DNA of 64,000 nucleotides from an uncultured Alphaproteobacteria bacterium. GTDB lineage: Bacteria > Pseudomonadota > Alphaproteobacteria > Rs-D84. A program made the position numbers and the translations under genes. Location of the stretch: NCBI GenBank assembly GCA_944392565.1, contig CALXWX010000002.1:117853-181852 (forward strand), in the 5' to 3' direction. Within the stretch, counting starts at the first letter, position 1. The number at the start of each line of letters is the position of its first letter. A model generated the notes under the pieces. The model was not told the DNA's origin, did no database searches, and was given only the letters and a program-made list of their open reading frames with translations. Shown here piece after piece: positions 9,718 to 20,506 of this stretch.

Positions 9718-9863
9718 TATAACCGCCTTTCCATTTTTAAATTAAATCTTTTTTCGAAATACTTATAGAACAAACATTATACAATTTTCAATAAAAATTT
9801 TTGTTTTGACATAATATCCCGTAATGTTCTAAGATTTATCACAAAGAATCAAGGGCGAAAATC

Positions 9864-10790
9864 ATGGCAAGATTTATTTTAATGACTGCTGTTGCTGGAT
9901 TAATTGCATTTAATGCGGTTGCCGCAACCGAAGAAGAAATTGTATATGATAATTTTCAAACAATATACACTGAAACCCCAGTTCAGTCATACTATGCATA
10001 TCCGGACGATCCAAACTTTATCCCAGAAACGGAATTCATGAACCGTGCCGACAGTCTGGATTACGATTTAAATATCGAAGAAGCGCGACAAATTGAATCC
10101 ATGATGTATCCCGGGGTAATGTTTGCAAACAAACCGATGATAATATGCCGTAATTTTGGCTGCACGCGCCTAAATGACAGAATTACGCGTACATTTTTAT
10201 TCAACAGCCTGGCAAACATGTTCATGATGAATGAATATTCCCGCGTTTATATTTGCGAAGCGGATCCGTTTTCACGCGACTGTCTGCAATCTGGAATATC
10301 ATTCCCGGTACGCAGTGGCATTGCAAATGCGCTGGTAAAAATCCCCAAAGCCACGATTTCCCAGGTCACAGTTTCAACCGGACTGTCCCGTGCCACAGTT
10401 GGCATGACATACGAATTCTTGGTAAATGGCATTGCCCGAACATGCGAACCAACAATTATGGATATTGTAATACCCGTAAATTCCCAGGCGACATTATCAA
10501 ACCGCGAATTTACATGCAATATGACCAGCGATGGATTAAGCAATGTATCATTATTGGTAAATATTGACTATATTGATTTAGACTATGGCATTCTGGGCGG
10601 ATATTATTCTGTCGGAATGCAGGGACCAACAACTGGCGGTGGCACTGGGTACGCATTGTTTAAAACAGAATTCACAACTGGTGGTATGCAATTCCGCGCA
10701 GCAACACTAGATGAATCTGATATGGCGGGCGCTAATTCTATGATGACAATTCAACCTGGCGAATACGCGGTAGAGCCACTGAAAAAATAA
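9864..10790 (+). CDS. Secreted protein of unknown function
   Basis: Signal peptide MARFILMTAVAGLIAFNAVA. TTGACA-N18-TAAGAT promoter-like sequence upstream. Several Cys residues. No family recognised. Confidence 0.7.
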   Translation: MARFILMTAVAGLIAFNAVAATEEEIVYDNFQTIYTETPVQSYYAYPDDPNFIPETEFMNRADSLDYDLNIEEARQIESMMYPGVMFANKPMIICRNFGCTRLNDRITRTFLFNSLANMFMMNEYSRVYICEADPFSRDCLQSGISFPVRSGIANALVKIPKATISQVTVSTGLSRATVGMTYEFLVNGIARTCEPTIMDIVIPVNSQATLSNREFTCNMTSDGLSNVSLLVNIDYIDLDYGILGGYYSVGMQGPTTGGGTGYALFKTEFTTGGMQFRAATLDESDMAGANSMMTIQPGEYAVEPLKK

Positions 10791-10793
10791 CAA

Positions 10794-10816
10794 CCGCGCC
10801 AACGGCGCGGATTTTT
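10794..10816 (+). terminator. Intrinsic terminator
   Basis: ccgcgcc-aac-ggcgcgg followed by ATTTTT. Confidence 0.75.
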
Positions 10817-10829
10817 ATATAGACAAATT

Positions 10830-11495
10830 ATGAACAAAACAATTTTAATTATTGACGATGATGATATGCTGCGTACAACGCTGGCACATGGACTGCGTCA
10901 AAATGATTTTTATGTTATAACCGCCACATCCGCCGAACAGGCATCTGAAATTCTATCCAGAATATCTGTTGATGCAATCGTGCTGGACAGAATGATGACC
11001 GGAATGGATGGGTTAACATTTTTGAAAAACATGCGCACAAATGGTGATACAACACCCGTGATAATGCTAACTGCATTAACTGGACCAGAAAATGCCATTG
11101 ATGGTCTGTCCGGTGGCGCAAACGATTATCTGGCAAAGCCATTTCAATTACGTGAACTGGTATTACGATTAAACAATATAATCGGACATACAGATAATAC
11201 AGGCATCAAAATGCCAAACGGACTGATGTTCACAGACGATGAATTTTTTATAACGACGGGGCAAAATCCGCAAATTCTGGGCTTATCTGGGGAAGAAAAA
11301 AAATTATTACAGCGTCTGACCATGCCGATTGGCAATATTGCCCCCGCATCACCAATGGTTGCAAAACGCTTGCGCAGTAAAATAAATAGTGTATTATCAA
11401 ACATAGATATTATAACTGTTCGCGGTCGCGGATATAAATTAATACAAATTAATTCCGCGACGCCCAGTACAAATAAAAATGGTGATAAAAAATGA
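10830..11495 (+). CDS. OmpR-family response regulator (shortened winged-helix output domain)
   Basis: REC domain with DDD acidic pocket, phospho-acceptor D in VLDRMM and KPF. C-terminal ITVRGRGYKL wing. Confidence 0.88.
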   Translation: MNKTILIIDDDDMLRTTLAHGLRQNDFYVITATSAEQASEILSRISVDAIVLDRMMTGMDGLTFLKNMRTNGDTTPVIMLTALTGPENAIDGLSGGANDYLAKPFQLRELVLRLNNIIGHTDNTGIKMPNGLMFTDDEFFITTGQNPQILGLSGEEKKLLQRLTMPIGNIAPASPMVAKRLRSKINSVLSNIDIITVRGRGYKLIQINSATPSTNKNGDKK

Positions 11496-12772
11496 GATTA
11501 ATCCCACGCAGTTTTTTATGGCGAACAATATTAATGATTTTAATACCATTAATTATCGCCCAGGTAATTATTGCAAATGTGTTTTTCGGCAACCATTGGT
11601 CACGCGTTCATGCAACATTGGCGCGCAGTCTGGCTGTTGAAATCAGCACCATGATGAACTTTATGGACGAAGGCGAAACAGATACTGCGCGTACAATGGC
11701 GCGCGACATGGGTATAAATATATCTGTAAACCCAAAGTTAAATCGCCCCAGCAAAAATGACAATAATTCCCGCGAAGCAGGATTGCTGGCAACCGAATTA
11801 TCAAACCGCCTGAAACGCCCAGCACAAATATACATTGATAAAGGCAAGCGTCTGGTATTCATTGATGTTCCGACAAACGACGGTCAAATTGCGACATTCG
11901 GCACATCTTTGTATCGAATATATTCAACCAGTACCGAAGTATTTATAATCTGGTTAATTGGGTCAATTTTAATTGTATCCATATTGATTACACCGTTCAT
12001 CATAATGCACACGCGCAGCATCCGCCGCATTGCCAAGGCAGCAGGGCGTTTTGGACGCGGACTGGACGCACCAGGGTTCCAACCAACCGGTTCCAAAGAA
12101 ATCCGCGAAGCAGCATCCGCAATGATCACAATGAAAGAACGACTGAACAGATATAACCGTACACGCACAGATATGTTAAATGCGGTCAGTCATGACTTAA
12201 AAGCGCCACTGACCCGCATGCGCCTGGCGGTTGAAACAGATGCCGCATCCAAAGATGATTTACTGCACGATATTGACCGCATGACAGAAATGGTCAATGG
12301 ATACCTGGCATTCGCGCGTGGCGAAATGCCGGAAATTGAACAAGCAACTGAATTACCCGCAATGTTATTACGCATTGCGCGCGACGCGGCACCAGATAAA
12401 AACATCAAAACTGATTTTCCAAATGAACCGGCACAGTTTTATGCCCGCCCAATGGCATTGGCACGCGCATTCGGTAATATAATTGAAAATGCCGCCCGTT
12501 ATGCAAAAAAAACAATTCGTATCACGGAACGTGACACCCCTGACCAGGTGGAAATCATTATCGAAGACGATGGTCCCGGCATCCCAGACGATAAAAAACG
12601 CGATGCAATGCGTCCATTTGTACGCCTGGACGATGCACGCAGTGACAAGACCGGTGGTACTGGACTGGGACTGTCAATTGCGCAAACAGCAATCGAAAAT
12701 CACGGTGGACAAATGTTCTTGGAAAACAGCGAACTGGGTGGTTTGCGTGTCAGAATTGTTTTACCAATATAA
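11492..12772 (+). CDS. EnvZ-type sensor histidine kinase
   Basis: Two TM helices plus a HAMP-like linker. H-box SHDLKAPLTRM, N-box and G-box GGTGLGLSIA. ATGA overlap with the regulator gene. Confidence 0.9.
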   Translation: MRLIPRSFLWRTILMILIPLIIAQVIIANVFFGNHWSRVHATLARSLAVEISTMMNFMDEGETDTARTMARDMGINISVNPKLNRPSKNDNNSREAGLLATELSNRLKRPAQIYIDKGKRLVFIDVPTNDGQIATFGTSLYRIYSTSTEVFIIWLIGSILIVSILITPFIIMHTRSIRRIAKAAGRFGRGLDAPGFQPTGSKEIREAASAMITMKERLNRYNRTRTDMLNAVSHDLKAPLTRMRLAVETDAASKDDLLHDIDRMTEMVNGYLAFARGEMPEIEQATELPAMLLRIARDAAPDKNIKTDFPNEPAQFYARPMALARAFGNIIENAARYAKKTIRITERDTPDQVEIIIEDDGPGIPDDKKRDAMRPFVRLDDARSDKTGGTGLGLSIAQTAIENHGGQMFLENSELGGLRVRIVLPI

Positions 12773-12791
12773 AATCCACAGGCTAAAAAAA

Positions 12792-14444
12792 ATGAACTTA
12801 TATAAATATATTTCTGAATCAATAAATAATAAACTGGGATTTGCTGCTAATTTAGAGGTTCCCCGCAATCGCGCATTTGGCGATTTTGCAACAAATGCCG
12901 CGATGGTTGGCGCAAAATCTGCAGGCAAAAATCCGCGTGAATTGGCGGGTGAAATCATACCCAAATTGCGTGATTTAGATTTCATCGCCGATGCATCAAT
13001 CGCAGGTCCCGGCTTCATAAATATAAAACTGCGCGATGATTTTATATGGCAATCTGCCGCCAAACCACATAATGAAAAAACAACCGCACCAAAAAAAATT
13101 GATTTAGATTATGGCGGATACAATGTTGGCAAAGCATTACATATCGGACACCTGCGAACATCAATTGTTGGCGATACATTCAACAGAATTGCAAAATACC
13201 TGGGGCATACAACCAAAAGTTATAACCATATTGGCGATTGGGGGCGCCCAATGGGGTTGATTATCGCATGGATTTTGGAATATGGCATGCCAAAAAATGC
13301 AGATGAACTGAATAAAATATATCCTGCATCAACCGAACGCGCAAAAAATGATGATGCATGGATGACCCGCGCCAAAAAAATCACTGCGGGATTACAATCT
13401 GGCAACCCAGAATATAAAAAAATTTATGATGCTTTTATGAAAATATCATTGGCACAAATGGATACGGTTTTACATCGTTTAAATCTGTTGCCATTTGATG
13501 CAACGATGGGCGAACGCGGTGTTGCACCATATGTTGCCGACACACAAAAAATTCTGGAATCGCATAACTTATTAACCGAATCAGATGGTGCAATGATTGT
13601 AAATGTAAAAACAGACGACGACACCGCCCCGATGCCGCCATTAATGTTCCGCACCAGTTCTGGCACACAGACATATGCCGCCGCAGATTTATCTGCGATA
13701 TATTACCGCACCCAAACAGACAATCCTGATATCATCGGATATTTCACAGATTCGCGCCAAAACTTGCACTTTCAACAGGTGTTTCGCGTTGCAAAAATGG
13801 CGAACATTACAAATGCCGAATTATTCCATACCGGATTCGGTGCATTAACCGGTTCCGACGGCAAACCGTTTAAAACCCGCGATGGTGGTGTTGCGGAATT
13901 GCTGGACATTCTGGACATGGTGAATGACGCGGTTCGTACACGTGTTGCAGACGCCGGAAAAACATTAGATAACGAAACAATTTCATCAATCGCACTGGCG
14001 GCAGTAAAGTTCAATGATTTGCTGCACGATGTACGCGCCGACTATGTATTCGACCCAAATCAAATCACCAGTTTCGAAGGACGCACCGGTCCATACATTT
14101 TATACACTGCGGTTCGTCTGAACAGCGTATTAAAACGGGCAGGGAATATCACGAATACCACCGCGCCAGAATTAACAGACGACGAACGCAATCTGTTAAT
14201 TGAAACACTGGATTTTGAACGCACAGTACACAGTGCATTTGAAAACCGTGCAACAGATATGATTGCAAATTATGCATATGATTTATGCCAACTGATAAAC
14301 ACATTTTATCATAACTGTCCGATTTTGCGTGATGACATCGATGAAAACACACGGGCAAAACGATTGACCATAACCCAGATTGCCCGCGATACATTGGCAA
14401 CCGCAATTGATTTAATGGGATTAAAAATACCAGATGAAATGTAG
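12792..14444 (+). CDS. argS: Arginine--tRNA ligase
   Basis: Start MNLYKYI at ATG 12792. The track ORF 12483.. runs through the kinase gene 3' end. HIGH-type LHIGHLRTSIVGD and a DALR anticodon-binding C-terminus. Confidence 0.94.
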   Translation: MNLYKYISESINNKLGFAANLEVPRNRAFGDFATNAAMVGAKSAGKNPRELAGEIIPKLRDLDFIADASIAGPGFINIKLRDDFIWQSAAKPHNEKTTAPKKIDLDYGGYNVGKALHIGHLRTSIVGDTFNRIAKYLGHTTKSYNHIGDWGRPMGLIIAWILEYGMPKNADELNKIYPASTERAKNDDAWMTRAKKITAGLQSGNPEYKKIYDAFMKISLAQMDTVLHRLNLLPFDATMGERGVAPYVADTQKILESHNLLTESDGAMIVNVKTDDDTAPMPPLMFRTSSGTQTYAAADLSAIYYRTQTDNPDIIGYFTDSRQNLHFQQVFRVAKMANITNAELFHTGFGALTGSDGKPFKTRDGGVAELLDILDMVNDAVRTRVADAGKTLDNETISSIALAAVKFNDLLHDVRADYVFDPNQITSFEGRTGPYILYTAVRLNSVLKRAGNITNTTAPELTDDERNLLIETLDFERTVHSAFENRATDMIANYAYDLCQLINTFYHNCPILRDDIDENTRAKRLTITQIARDTLATAIDLMGLKIPDEM

Positions 14445-14481
14445 AAAAACATACGGTATAATAATACCATATCGATTTTTC

Positions 14482-14510
14482 TTGACTTTTCGGGGCATGC
14501 GGGGCATAAT
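14482..14510 (+). promoter_or_regulatory. Sigma70-like promoter for rplM-rpsI
   Basis: TTGACT (14482-14487), 17 nt spacer, CATAAT (14505-14510). Confidence 0.5.
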
Positions 14511-14542
14511 TGTCCCGCTAAATTAATAAAAAGGTAAAAATT

Positions 14543-15016
14543 ATGGCAGCGACAAAATCGTTAAAAAAATGCGAATTAGATGCGAAATGGTATCTGATTG
14601 ACGCAACAGATTGCACGCTGGGGCGTTTGGCGGCATTTACCGCAAACATTCTGCGTGGCAAGAACAAGCCAACATGGACACCAAACATGGATTGTGGTGA
14701 TCATGTTATTATTATTAATGCGGATAAAGTGGCACTGTCTGGTAAAAAAGCGGATAAAACAAAATTCTTTTGGCATTCCCTGTGGACCGGCAGCACCAAG
14801 GAACGCACCCTGGGACAAATGCGCAATGAAAAACCAGAAAAATTGGTCTTCAATGCGGTAAAACGCATGATGGGACGCCGCACAGCGGTTGCATTGGCAA
14901 ACCAACGTTTGACCAAACTGCATGTGTACGCGGGTGCTGAACACAAACACGCGGCACAAAATCCAATTGTTATCGACTTTGCGGGCATGAACCGCAAAAA
15001 CAAAAGGGGCGAATAA
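14543..15016 (+). CDS. rplM: 50S ribosomal protein L13
   Basis: [16 protein letters not shown]...[12 protein letters not shown]. Confidence 0.97.
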   Translation: MAATKSLKKCELDAKWYLIDATDCTLGRLAAFTANILRGKNKPTWTPNMDCGDHVIIINADKVALSGKKADKTKFFWHSLWTGSTKERTLGQMRNEKPEKLVFNAVKRMMGRRTAVALANQRLTKLHVYAGAEHKHAAQNPIVIDFAGMNRKNKRGE

Positions 15017-15507
15017 TGACAGAAACAAAAAAGACTGCAACCAAGACAGCAGCAAAAACAACAAAAAAAGCGGCCCCAGCGAAGACAACCGCAAAAAAGG
15101 CGGTCGCGGATGTTAAATTGGCAAATGCAACATATGCAACAGGCAAACGTAAAGATTCTATTGCACGCGTATACATGGTTGCCGGGAAAGGTCAAATATT
15201 TATCAATGACATTCCTGTAAACGAATACTTTCGTCGCCCAGTGTTGCAAATGATTATTGCGCAACCATTTGGTATTACAAAACGCGACAGTGCGTATGAC
15301 ATACATGCATTCGTTGCCGGTGGTGGTCTGTCTGGCCAGGCGGGCGCCGTAAAACACGGTATTTCCAAGGCATTGGAAAAAGCGGAACCAGACCTGCGCA
15401 AGACATTAAAAGCCGCCGGGTTCTTGACCCGCGACAGTCGTGTTGTTGAACGTAAACACTTTGGTCGTCACAAGGCGCGTCGTTCAACCCAGTTCAGCAA
15501 GCGTTAA
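15016..15507 (+). CDS. rpsI: 30S ribosomal protein S9 (Lys/Ala/Thr-rich N-terminal extension)
   Basis: [10 protein letters not shown] core and C-terminal [14 protein letters not shown]-type overlap with rplM. Confidence 0.97.
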   Translation: MTETKKTATKTAAKTTKKAAPAKTTAKKAVADVKLANATYATGKRKDSIARVYMVAGKGQIFINDIPVNEYFRRPVLQMIIAQPFGITKRDSAYDIHAFVAGGGLSGQAGAVKHGISKALEKAEPDLRKTLKAAGFLTRDSRVVERKHFGRHKARRSTQFSKR

Positions 15508-15524
15508 TCGCATATGCATTACGC

Positions 15525-15551
15525 AAAAATCCGCCATTTGGCGGATTTTTC
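15525..15551 (+). terminator. Intrinsic terminator
   Basis: atccgcc-attt-ggcggat plus a T-run. The same hairpin recurs at 51501-51518. Confidence 0.8.
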
Positions 15552-15638
15552 ATATTATAAAAAATAAAAAAGTGTATTGCGTTTATAAAAAAACTGTGTA
15601 TAATCATTCGGCAATTCATATTTTTAATGGGGAAAACA

Positions 15639-16949
15639 ATGTTTAAAAAAGAAAAAATCAAAGATTTGCATTATTCAGTCACAGGTCATCTGTCGGCTGA
15701 TGAAATCCAGGCCACAGCCGATGAAATTTTAACAGAATATGGTAAAAAGGTAAAAATGCCGGGATTTCGTCCGGGACATATTCCACTGTCTATATTGCGT
15801 CAAAAATACAACGCATCCGCAATCAGTGAAGCAATCGACAAACTGATGAACCGTGATTTAAATACATACATCACAGACAAAAAAATTCGTCTGGCGGGCG
15901 CACCAAAGGCGGACCTGGCGGGTTGGGAAATTGGCAAAGATGCGGAATATTCGCTGGAATTTGATATTTTGCCAACATTACCGGCAATTGATTTGGAAAA
16001 ATTCACCGTTGTAAAAAAGACAACAAAACTGGACGAATCAGAAGTTGACGCCGCATTGGAAAACATACGCAAAAATCGCAGCACTGCGGAAAAGCAGGGC
16101 GATGACTATGTCGCACAAAATGGCGACACCGCTGTAATTGATTTTACCGGTTTTATTGGGAATGACGCATTTGATGGCGGCGCCGCTGAAAAACATCATC
16201 TGGTTTTGGGTTCTGGTGCATTTATTCCCGGATTCGAAGATCAAATTATCGGACATAAATCGGGCGATGAATTTGATGTAAATGTAAAATTCCCATCTGA
16301 TTATCATGCCGAAAATTTGGCTGGCAAAGACGCCCGCTTCGCGGTCAAGGTTCATGAAATACGCAAACATATTTTGCCAGAATTAAATGACGAATTGGCA
16401 AAATCTGTTGGTCATGAATCTGTTGAAAAATTGCGCGAACACATCCGCAAAATATTAAATGAACAATATGAAGACGCCGCCAAGCGCGACATGCGCAATG
16501 AATTGCTGGACATTTTGGCAGACAAGGTTAAACTGGATTTGCCAGAAACTTTGGTTGACCAAGAATACAACATGGCAAAACAAGAACATGATCGTACACA
16601 TGCACATTGCAATGGTGATTGTGGCGCCGACCATAAATGGGATGAAAAGCAAGAACGCAAAGATGCCGAACGCCGTGTTAAATTGGGGCTGATATTGGCA
16701 GAATGGGGTACCCAGAACAAGGTAGAGGTTACCCGTGATGACCTGCAACAGGCTGTATGGAACGAAGCCGCCCGTTATCCAAACCCACAGCAAGTATTCG
16801 AATTCTATAACAAGAATCAAAATGCATTGGCAATGCTGCGCGGCATGATTTTTGAACGCAAGGCACTGGATGCAATGCTAAGTCATGTCAAAACAAAAGA
16901 AAAAGCAGTAAAGCCAGAAGAGTTATTTCAACAGGCTGGCGCAAAATAA
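15639..16949 (+). CDS. tig: Trigger factor
   Basis: MPGFRPGHIP ribosome-binding region, FKBP-type PPIase middle domain and a C-terminal arm domain. ATG 15639 has a GGGGA SD; the track start is 15627. Confidence 0.93.
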   Translation: MFKKEKIKDLHYSVTGHLSADEIQATADEILTEYGKKVKMPGFRPGHIPLSILRQKYNASAISEAIDKLMNRDLNTYITDKKIRLAGAPKADLAGWEIGKDAEYSLEFDILPTLPAIDLEKFTVVKKTTKLDESEVDAALENIRKNRSTAEKQGDDYVAQNGDTAVIDFTGFIGNDAFDGGAAEKHHLVLGSGAFIPGFEDQIIGHKSGDEFDVNVKFPSDYHAENLAGKDARFAVKVHEIRKHILPELNDELAKSVGHESVEKLREHIRKILNEQYEDAAKRDMRNELLDILADKVKLDLPETLVDQEYNMAKQEHDRTHAHCNGDCGADHKWDEKQERKDAERRVKLGLILAEWGTQNKVEVTRDDLQQAVWNEAARYPNPQQVFEFYNKNQNALAMLRGMIFERKALDAMLSHVKTKEKAVKPEELFQQAGAK

Positions 16950-17043
16950 AACCAGGAATGCCCATTTGGGCATTTCTTTTTTACCAAAACATATTGACAT
17001 ATTTCATAACAGTGTTAACATTTGTGCGGTCTGATAAAGGAAT

Positions 17044-17535
17044 ATGGTCATGGAACAAAAATTATTACCAATATACGAATTGCGTGCAATGTTCTTGGAA
17101 AAAGTCAATCCGAATTTTTTTGCCCAAAATGCAGATTTAATTCGCCGAACATCACTGGCGGCACAAGATTACTATATGTCCGGGGCATACAAAGAATACG
17201 ATATTCGCAGTGGTCGCATGTTTCGAATCCAACCCGGATACATTGCTGTACATAAAAAATACAATCTGCCGTACAGTACAACTATAACCCCAAATACTGC
17301 GATATTAAATCCTGGACTGGTCATGGATTTGGCATGGTCTTTAAAAACAGACATCATAAACAATGTTGTCAGTTCAAATGGCGAAATTTATGATATATCT
17401 AAATTACCACTATCCGAAGTATTACAAGTATATCATAACTCGCGTACATATGGGGTTCCAATTAACGCATTATATCTTTTGCGCCCATCCCAGATTGAAA
17501 AAATACTTAACAATATGCGCATTAAAACACGATAA
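17044..17535 (+). CDS. Hypothetical protein
   Basis: 163-aa ORF with its own terminator at about 17540-17570. No motif recognised. Confidence 0.55.
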   Translation: MVMEQKLLPIYELRAMFLEKVNPNFFAQNADLIRRTSLAAQDYYMSGAYKEYDIRSGRMFRIQPGYIAVHKKYNLPYSTTITPNTAILNPGLVMDLAWSLKTDIINNVVSSNGEIYDISKLPLSEVLQVYHNSRTYGVPINALYLLRPSQIEKILNNMRIKTR

Positions 17536-17638
17536 ATAAAAACGCCCAATTAAATATGGGCATTTTTTGTTTAACGAATGTTGCAAAATATATCGATCAA
17601 GATTATACTGTTCACAATCAGCCAAGGGGGAACATACA

Positions 17639-18094
17639 ATGAAAAAATTTTTAATATTGGTTATATCTTTTACATTGGCGGCATGTGGTGCCAATCTGAA
17701 TGTTGACCGATACGAAACATCGGGGGCGGGAACGGTTAATACAGTATCCGAAGGCGTAATTATAAATGTCCGTCCGGTCACAATCGCAACCGAAAATGGC
17801 GATGTTGGTCAACTGGCTGGTGGAATTGTTGGCGGTGTCGCCGGCAGCATGGTCAGTGATAACACATTGGTTCAAACAATTGGTGCCGTTGGTGGTGCGG
17901 TTCTGGGGGGCTATGTTGGTGGCAAAACCCAAGAAGGACTGTCATCACAACGCGGCATGGAATATATTGTGAAACTGGATTCCGGTCGAACAATCACATT
18001 GACCCAGGGCGACGATGTCGTATTTTCTGTCGGTCAATCCGTATATGTTCTGGACGCGGACAGTGGTGAACGCGCACGCATAATTGCTAAATAA
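17639..18094 (+). CDS. Glycine-zipper outer-membrane lipoprotein (SlyB / Rick_17kDa antigen type)
   Basis: Lipobox LAAC after MKKFLILVISFT. AGGGGG SD. GGIVGGVAGS...GAVGGAVLGGYVGG glycine zipper. Confidence 0.85.
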   Translation: MKKFLILVISFTLAACGANLNVDRYETSGAGTVNTVSEGVIINVRPVTIATENGDVGQLAGGIVGGVAGSMVSDNTLVQTIGAVGGAVLGGYVGGKTQEGLSSQRGMEYIVKLDSGRTITLTQGDDVVFSVGQSVYVLDADSGERARIIAK

Positions 18095-18121
18095 AAAATC
18101 GCCCGAATGGGCGATTTTTTA
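18093..18121. terminator. Bidirectional intrinsic terminator
   Basis: A-run, tcgccc-gaat-gggcga, T-run. Lies between convergent genes. Confidence 0.8.
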
Positions 18122-18127
18122 TTTTAT

Positions 18128-18622
18128 TTAACGCGTTTTTTGTTGCTGCTTTCTAATAATTTCTTCTTGTTCTTTATCTTTTGCAACCAAACTACCAACT
18201 TTTGCGCCAAACAATGCACTTATTCCCGCAAACGCGCCAATTATTCCATACATTCCATATGGTGTCATGGCATATTTTTCAGCTGTTCCACCGTTTACAT
18301 AATAATATTTGTGTGATTCTGGCGCATTAAAATTGTACGCCGTTTCAAAACGATTTTTTAATGAATAATCACTGGCATTCCAGTTTATAATATATCCTGC
18401 GCCATGAACCACCAGTCCCATTGCCGCCAACATTGCCGCCGTCAAGACACCGGAACACACACCACTGAACATACCCACCCCAGCAGAATATGCCACGCGT
18501 TTTAATTTGTTGTTTGTTGAAACCATATGTTTTATATCCTTTTTTATATCATATATATATACCCAATTAAAAAAATTTGTCAAATTATTTTCTACCCGAT
18601 TAAAAAAATCTTGATTTTTCAA
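18128..18622 (-). CDS. Hypothetical membrane protein
   Basis: Two Gly/Ala-rich hydrophobic segments. The start could be the internal MVSTNN at 18526. Confidence 0.55.
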   Translation of the reverse strand: MKNQDFFNRVENNLTNFFNWVYIYDIKKDIKHMVSTNNKLKRVAYSAGVGMFSGVCSGVLTAAMLAAMGLVVHGAGYIINWNASDYSLKNRFETAYNFNAPESHKYYYVNGGTAEKYAMTPYGMYGIIGAFAGISALFGAKVGSLVAKDKEQEEIIRKQQQKTR

Positions 18623-18745
18623 AGATTTCTGTATATAATCACGACGATTTTGCGGGTGGGCGCATAATCAATCCGATTAACCCCACAAGACCTCGCTGTA
18701 ATCAAAAAAATGTTTAGCGATGGCAAGCTTTGTTTAAATTTCTAT

Positions 18746-20434
18746 ATGAAAGATTTATCCAAAGATTTATTTAATCCTGTATCTGGCGAAGATTTTGTCC
18801 AGTTATTTAACAAAGACTATGGCACCCAAGAAACTTTACAAGGATATGCCACCAAGGGAACCGTCAAAGACATTCGTGGCGATTTCGCGATTGTTGATGT
18901 TGGTCTGAAATCCGAAGGTCGCATTCCATTAAAAGAATTTGGTGCGTCTGTTCCATCTGTGGGCGACATCATTGATGTGTTTGTCGAACGCTATGAATCG
19001 CGTGAAGGCACCGCCGTTCTGTCTTATTCCAAGGCCCGTGCAGAAAAAGCATGGAAAGAACTGGAAAAAACTGTCGCCGAAGGTATTGACCCAGAAGGTA
19101 CAATTATCGATGTCGTTCGTGGCGGATATACTGTGGACATCAACGGTGTATTTGCATTTATGCCATCGTCCCAGGTTGATCACAAGCCAGTACGCGATGC
19201 AAAATCGCTGATTGGACTGAAAGACAAATTCCGCGTATTAAAGATGGATGCACTGCGCACAAATGCAATTGTATCGCGCCGCGCAATCCAGGCCGATGAA
19301 ATCGCCGCCGCACAAAAAGAAGCAATGAAAAACATTGCACTGGGCGCCGTTATCGAAGGTACGGTGAAAAACATCACCGATTATGGTGTGTTTGTTGACT
19401 TGGGCGGAATTGATGGGTTGTTACATGTCACAGACTTGTCATGGAAACGCGTTAATCACCCACGTGAACTGGTTCATGTCGGTCAAAAGATAAAGGTCAA
19501 AGTTATCCAATTCGATCCAGAAACACATCGTATTTCATTGGGCGCAAAACAATTAGAAGAAGACCCATGGGAAAACGCATCCCGTGCATTCAATGTTGGC
19601 GACACAGTATCGGGCAAGGTTTCATCACTGACCGATTATGGTGCATTCATTGATCTGGGCAATAATATCGAAGGTCTGGTTCACATGTCTGAATTATCAT
19701 GGACAAACAAAAATATCCACCCCAGCAAAGTTTTGCAAACGGGCCAGGATGTAAATGTTGTCGTTCTGGGTATTGACCAAGACAAACGCCGCATTTCACT
19801 GGGATACAAGCAATTGCAACCAAACCCATGGAAACAATTTGCCGAAACCCACAATGTTGGCGATGTTATTACCGGTCCGATAAAGAACACAACTGAATTC
19901 GGTTTGTTCGTTGCATTGACCCCAGAACTGGACGGAATGGTTCATATTTCCGACCTGTCTTGGAACAAACTGGACGAAGAAGAATTAAAGAAATTCGTCC
20001 GTGGTCAAGAAGTCACCGCGAAAATTTTGGACATCAATCCAGAAAAAGAACGCATTACACTGGGCATTAAACAGTTAACCGAAGGTGCCGATAACAATAA
20101 TGCATCATTAAAGAAAGGCGCTGTTGTTTCTGGTACGGTATCTGAAATAACCCCAGACGAATTGATTTTGGCATTGCCAAATGATATCAAGGGCGTTATC
20201 CGTCGTACCGACCTGTCGCGCGAAAAATCCGAACAGGATACCAGCAAATTCAATGTTGGCGACACTGTCGAAGCATCGGTTGTTTCTGTTGACAACAATG
20301 TTGTTAAACTGTCCATCCGTGCGTTACAGGTAACATTGGAAAAACAAGCAGTCAAAGAATATGCAAACCAGGCAGACAGTGGTTCTGTATTGGGCGACAT
20401 TCTGGGTGCTGCAATTGAAAACAGTAAAAAATAA
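18746..20434 (+). CDS. rpsA: 30S ribosomal protein S1
   Basis: Six S1 (OB) repeats with recurring G.V..I..YGAFVDLGG.DGL.H.S motifs. Start taken at MKDLSKD. Confidence 0.95.
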   Translation: MKDLSKDLFNPVSGEDFVQLFNKDYGTQETLQGYATKGTVKDIRGDFAIVDVGLKSEGRIPLKEFGASVPSVGDIIDVFVERYESREGTAVLSYSKARAEKAWKELEKTVAEGIDPEGTIIDVVRGGYTVDINGVFAFMPSSQVDHKPVRDAKSLIGLKDKFRVLKMDALRTNAIVSRRAIQADEIAAAQKEAMKNIALGAVIEGTVKNITDYGVFVDLGGIDGLLHVTDLSWKRVNHPRELVHVGQKIKVKVIQFDPETHRISLGAKQLEEDPWENASRAFNVGDTVSGKVSSLTDYGAFIDLGNNIEGLVHMSELSWTNKNIHPSKVLQTGQDVNVVVLGIDQDKRRISLGYKQLQPNPWKQFAETHNVGDVITGPIKNTTEFGLFVALTPELDGMVHISDLSWNKLDEEELKKFVRGQEVTAKILDINPEKERITLGIKQLTEGADNNNASLKKGAVVSGTVSEITPDELILALPNDIKGVIRRTDLSREKSEQDTSKFNVGDTVEASVVSVDNNVVKLSIRALQVTLEKQAVKEYANQADSGSVLGDILGAAIENSKK

Positions 20435-20506
20435 AGTAAATATTATTTTCTTTATTTGTAAAACCCGACACTTGTCGGGTTTTATTTTTTATGGTAAAAT
20501 AATCAC

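Noticed and set aside
12483-12791. Long N-terminal extension of argS in the ORF track (653 aa)
   Set aside because: The extension overlaps the histidine-kinase 3' end in another frame. The canonical ArgRS N-terminus (MNLYKYISESI) starts at ATG 12792.
15529-15546. Identical hairpin aaatccgccatttggcggattt at 15527-15548 and 51499-51520, considered as a mobile element
   Set aside because: Both copies sit exactly where intrinsic terminators are expected and are only 22 nt long. Many terminators in this window share GCCC-ATTT-GGGC-like loops. This most likely reflects convergent or templated terminator sequence rather than a transposable unit.
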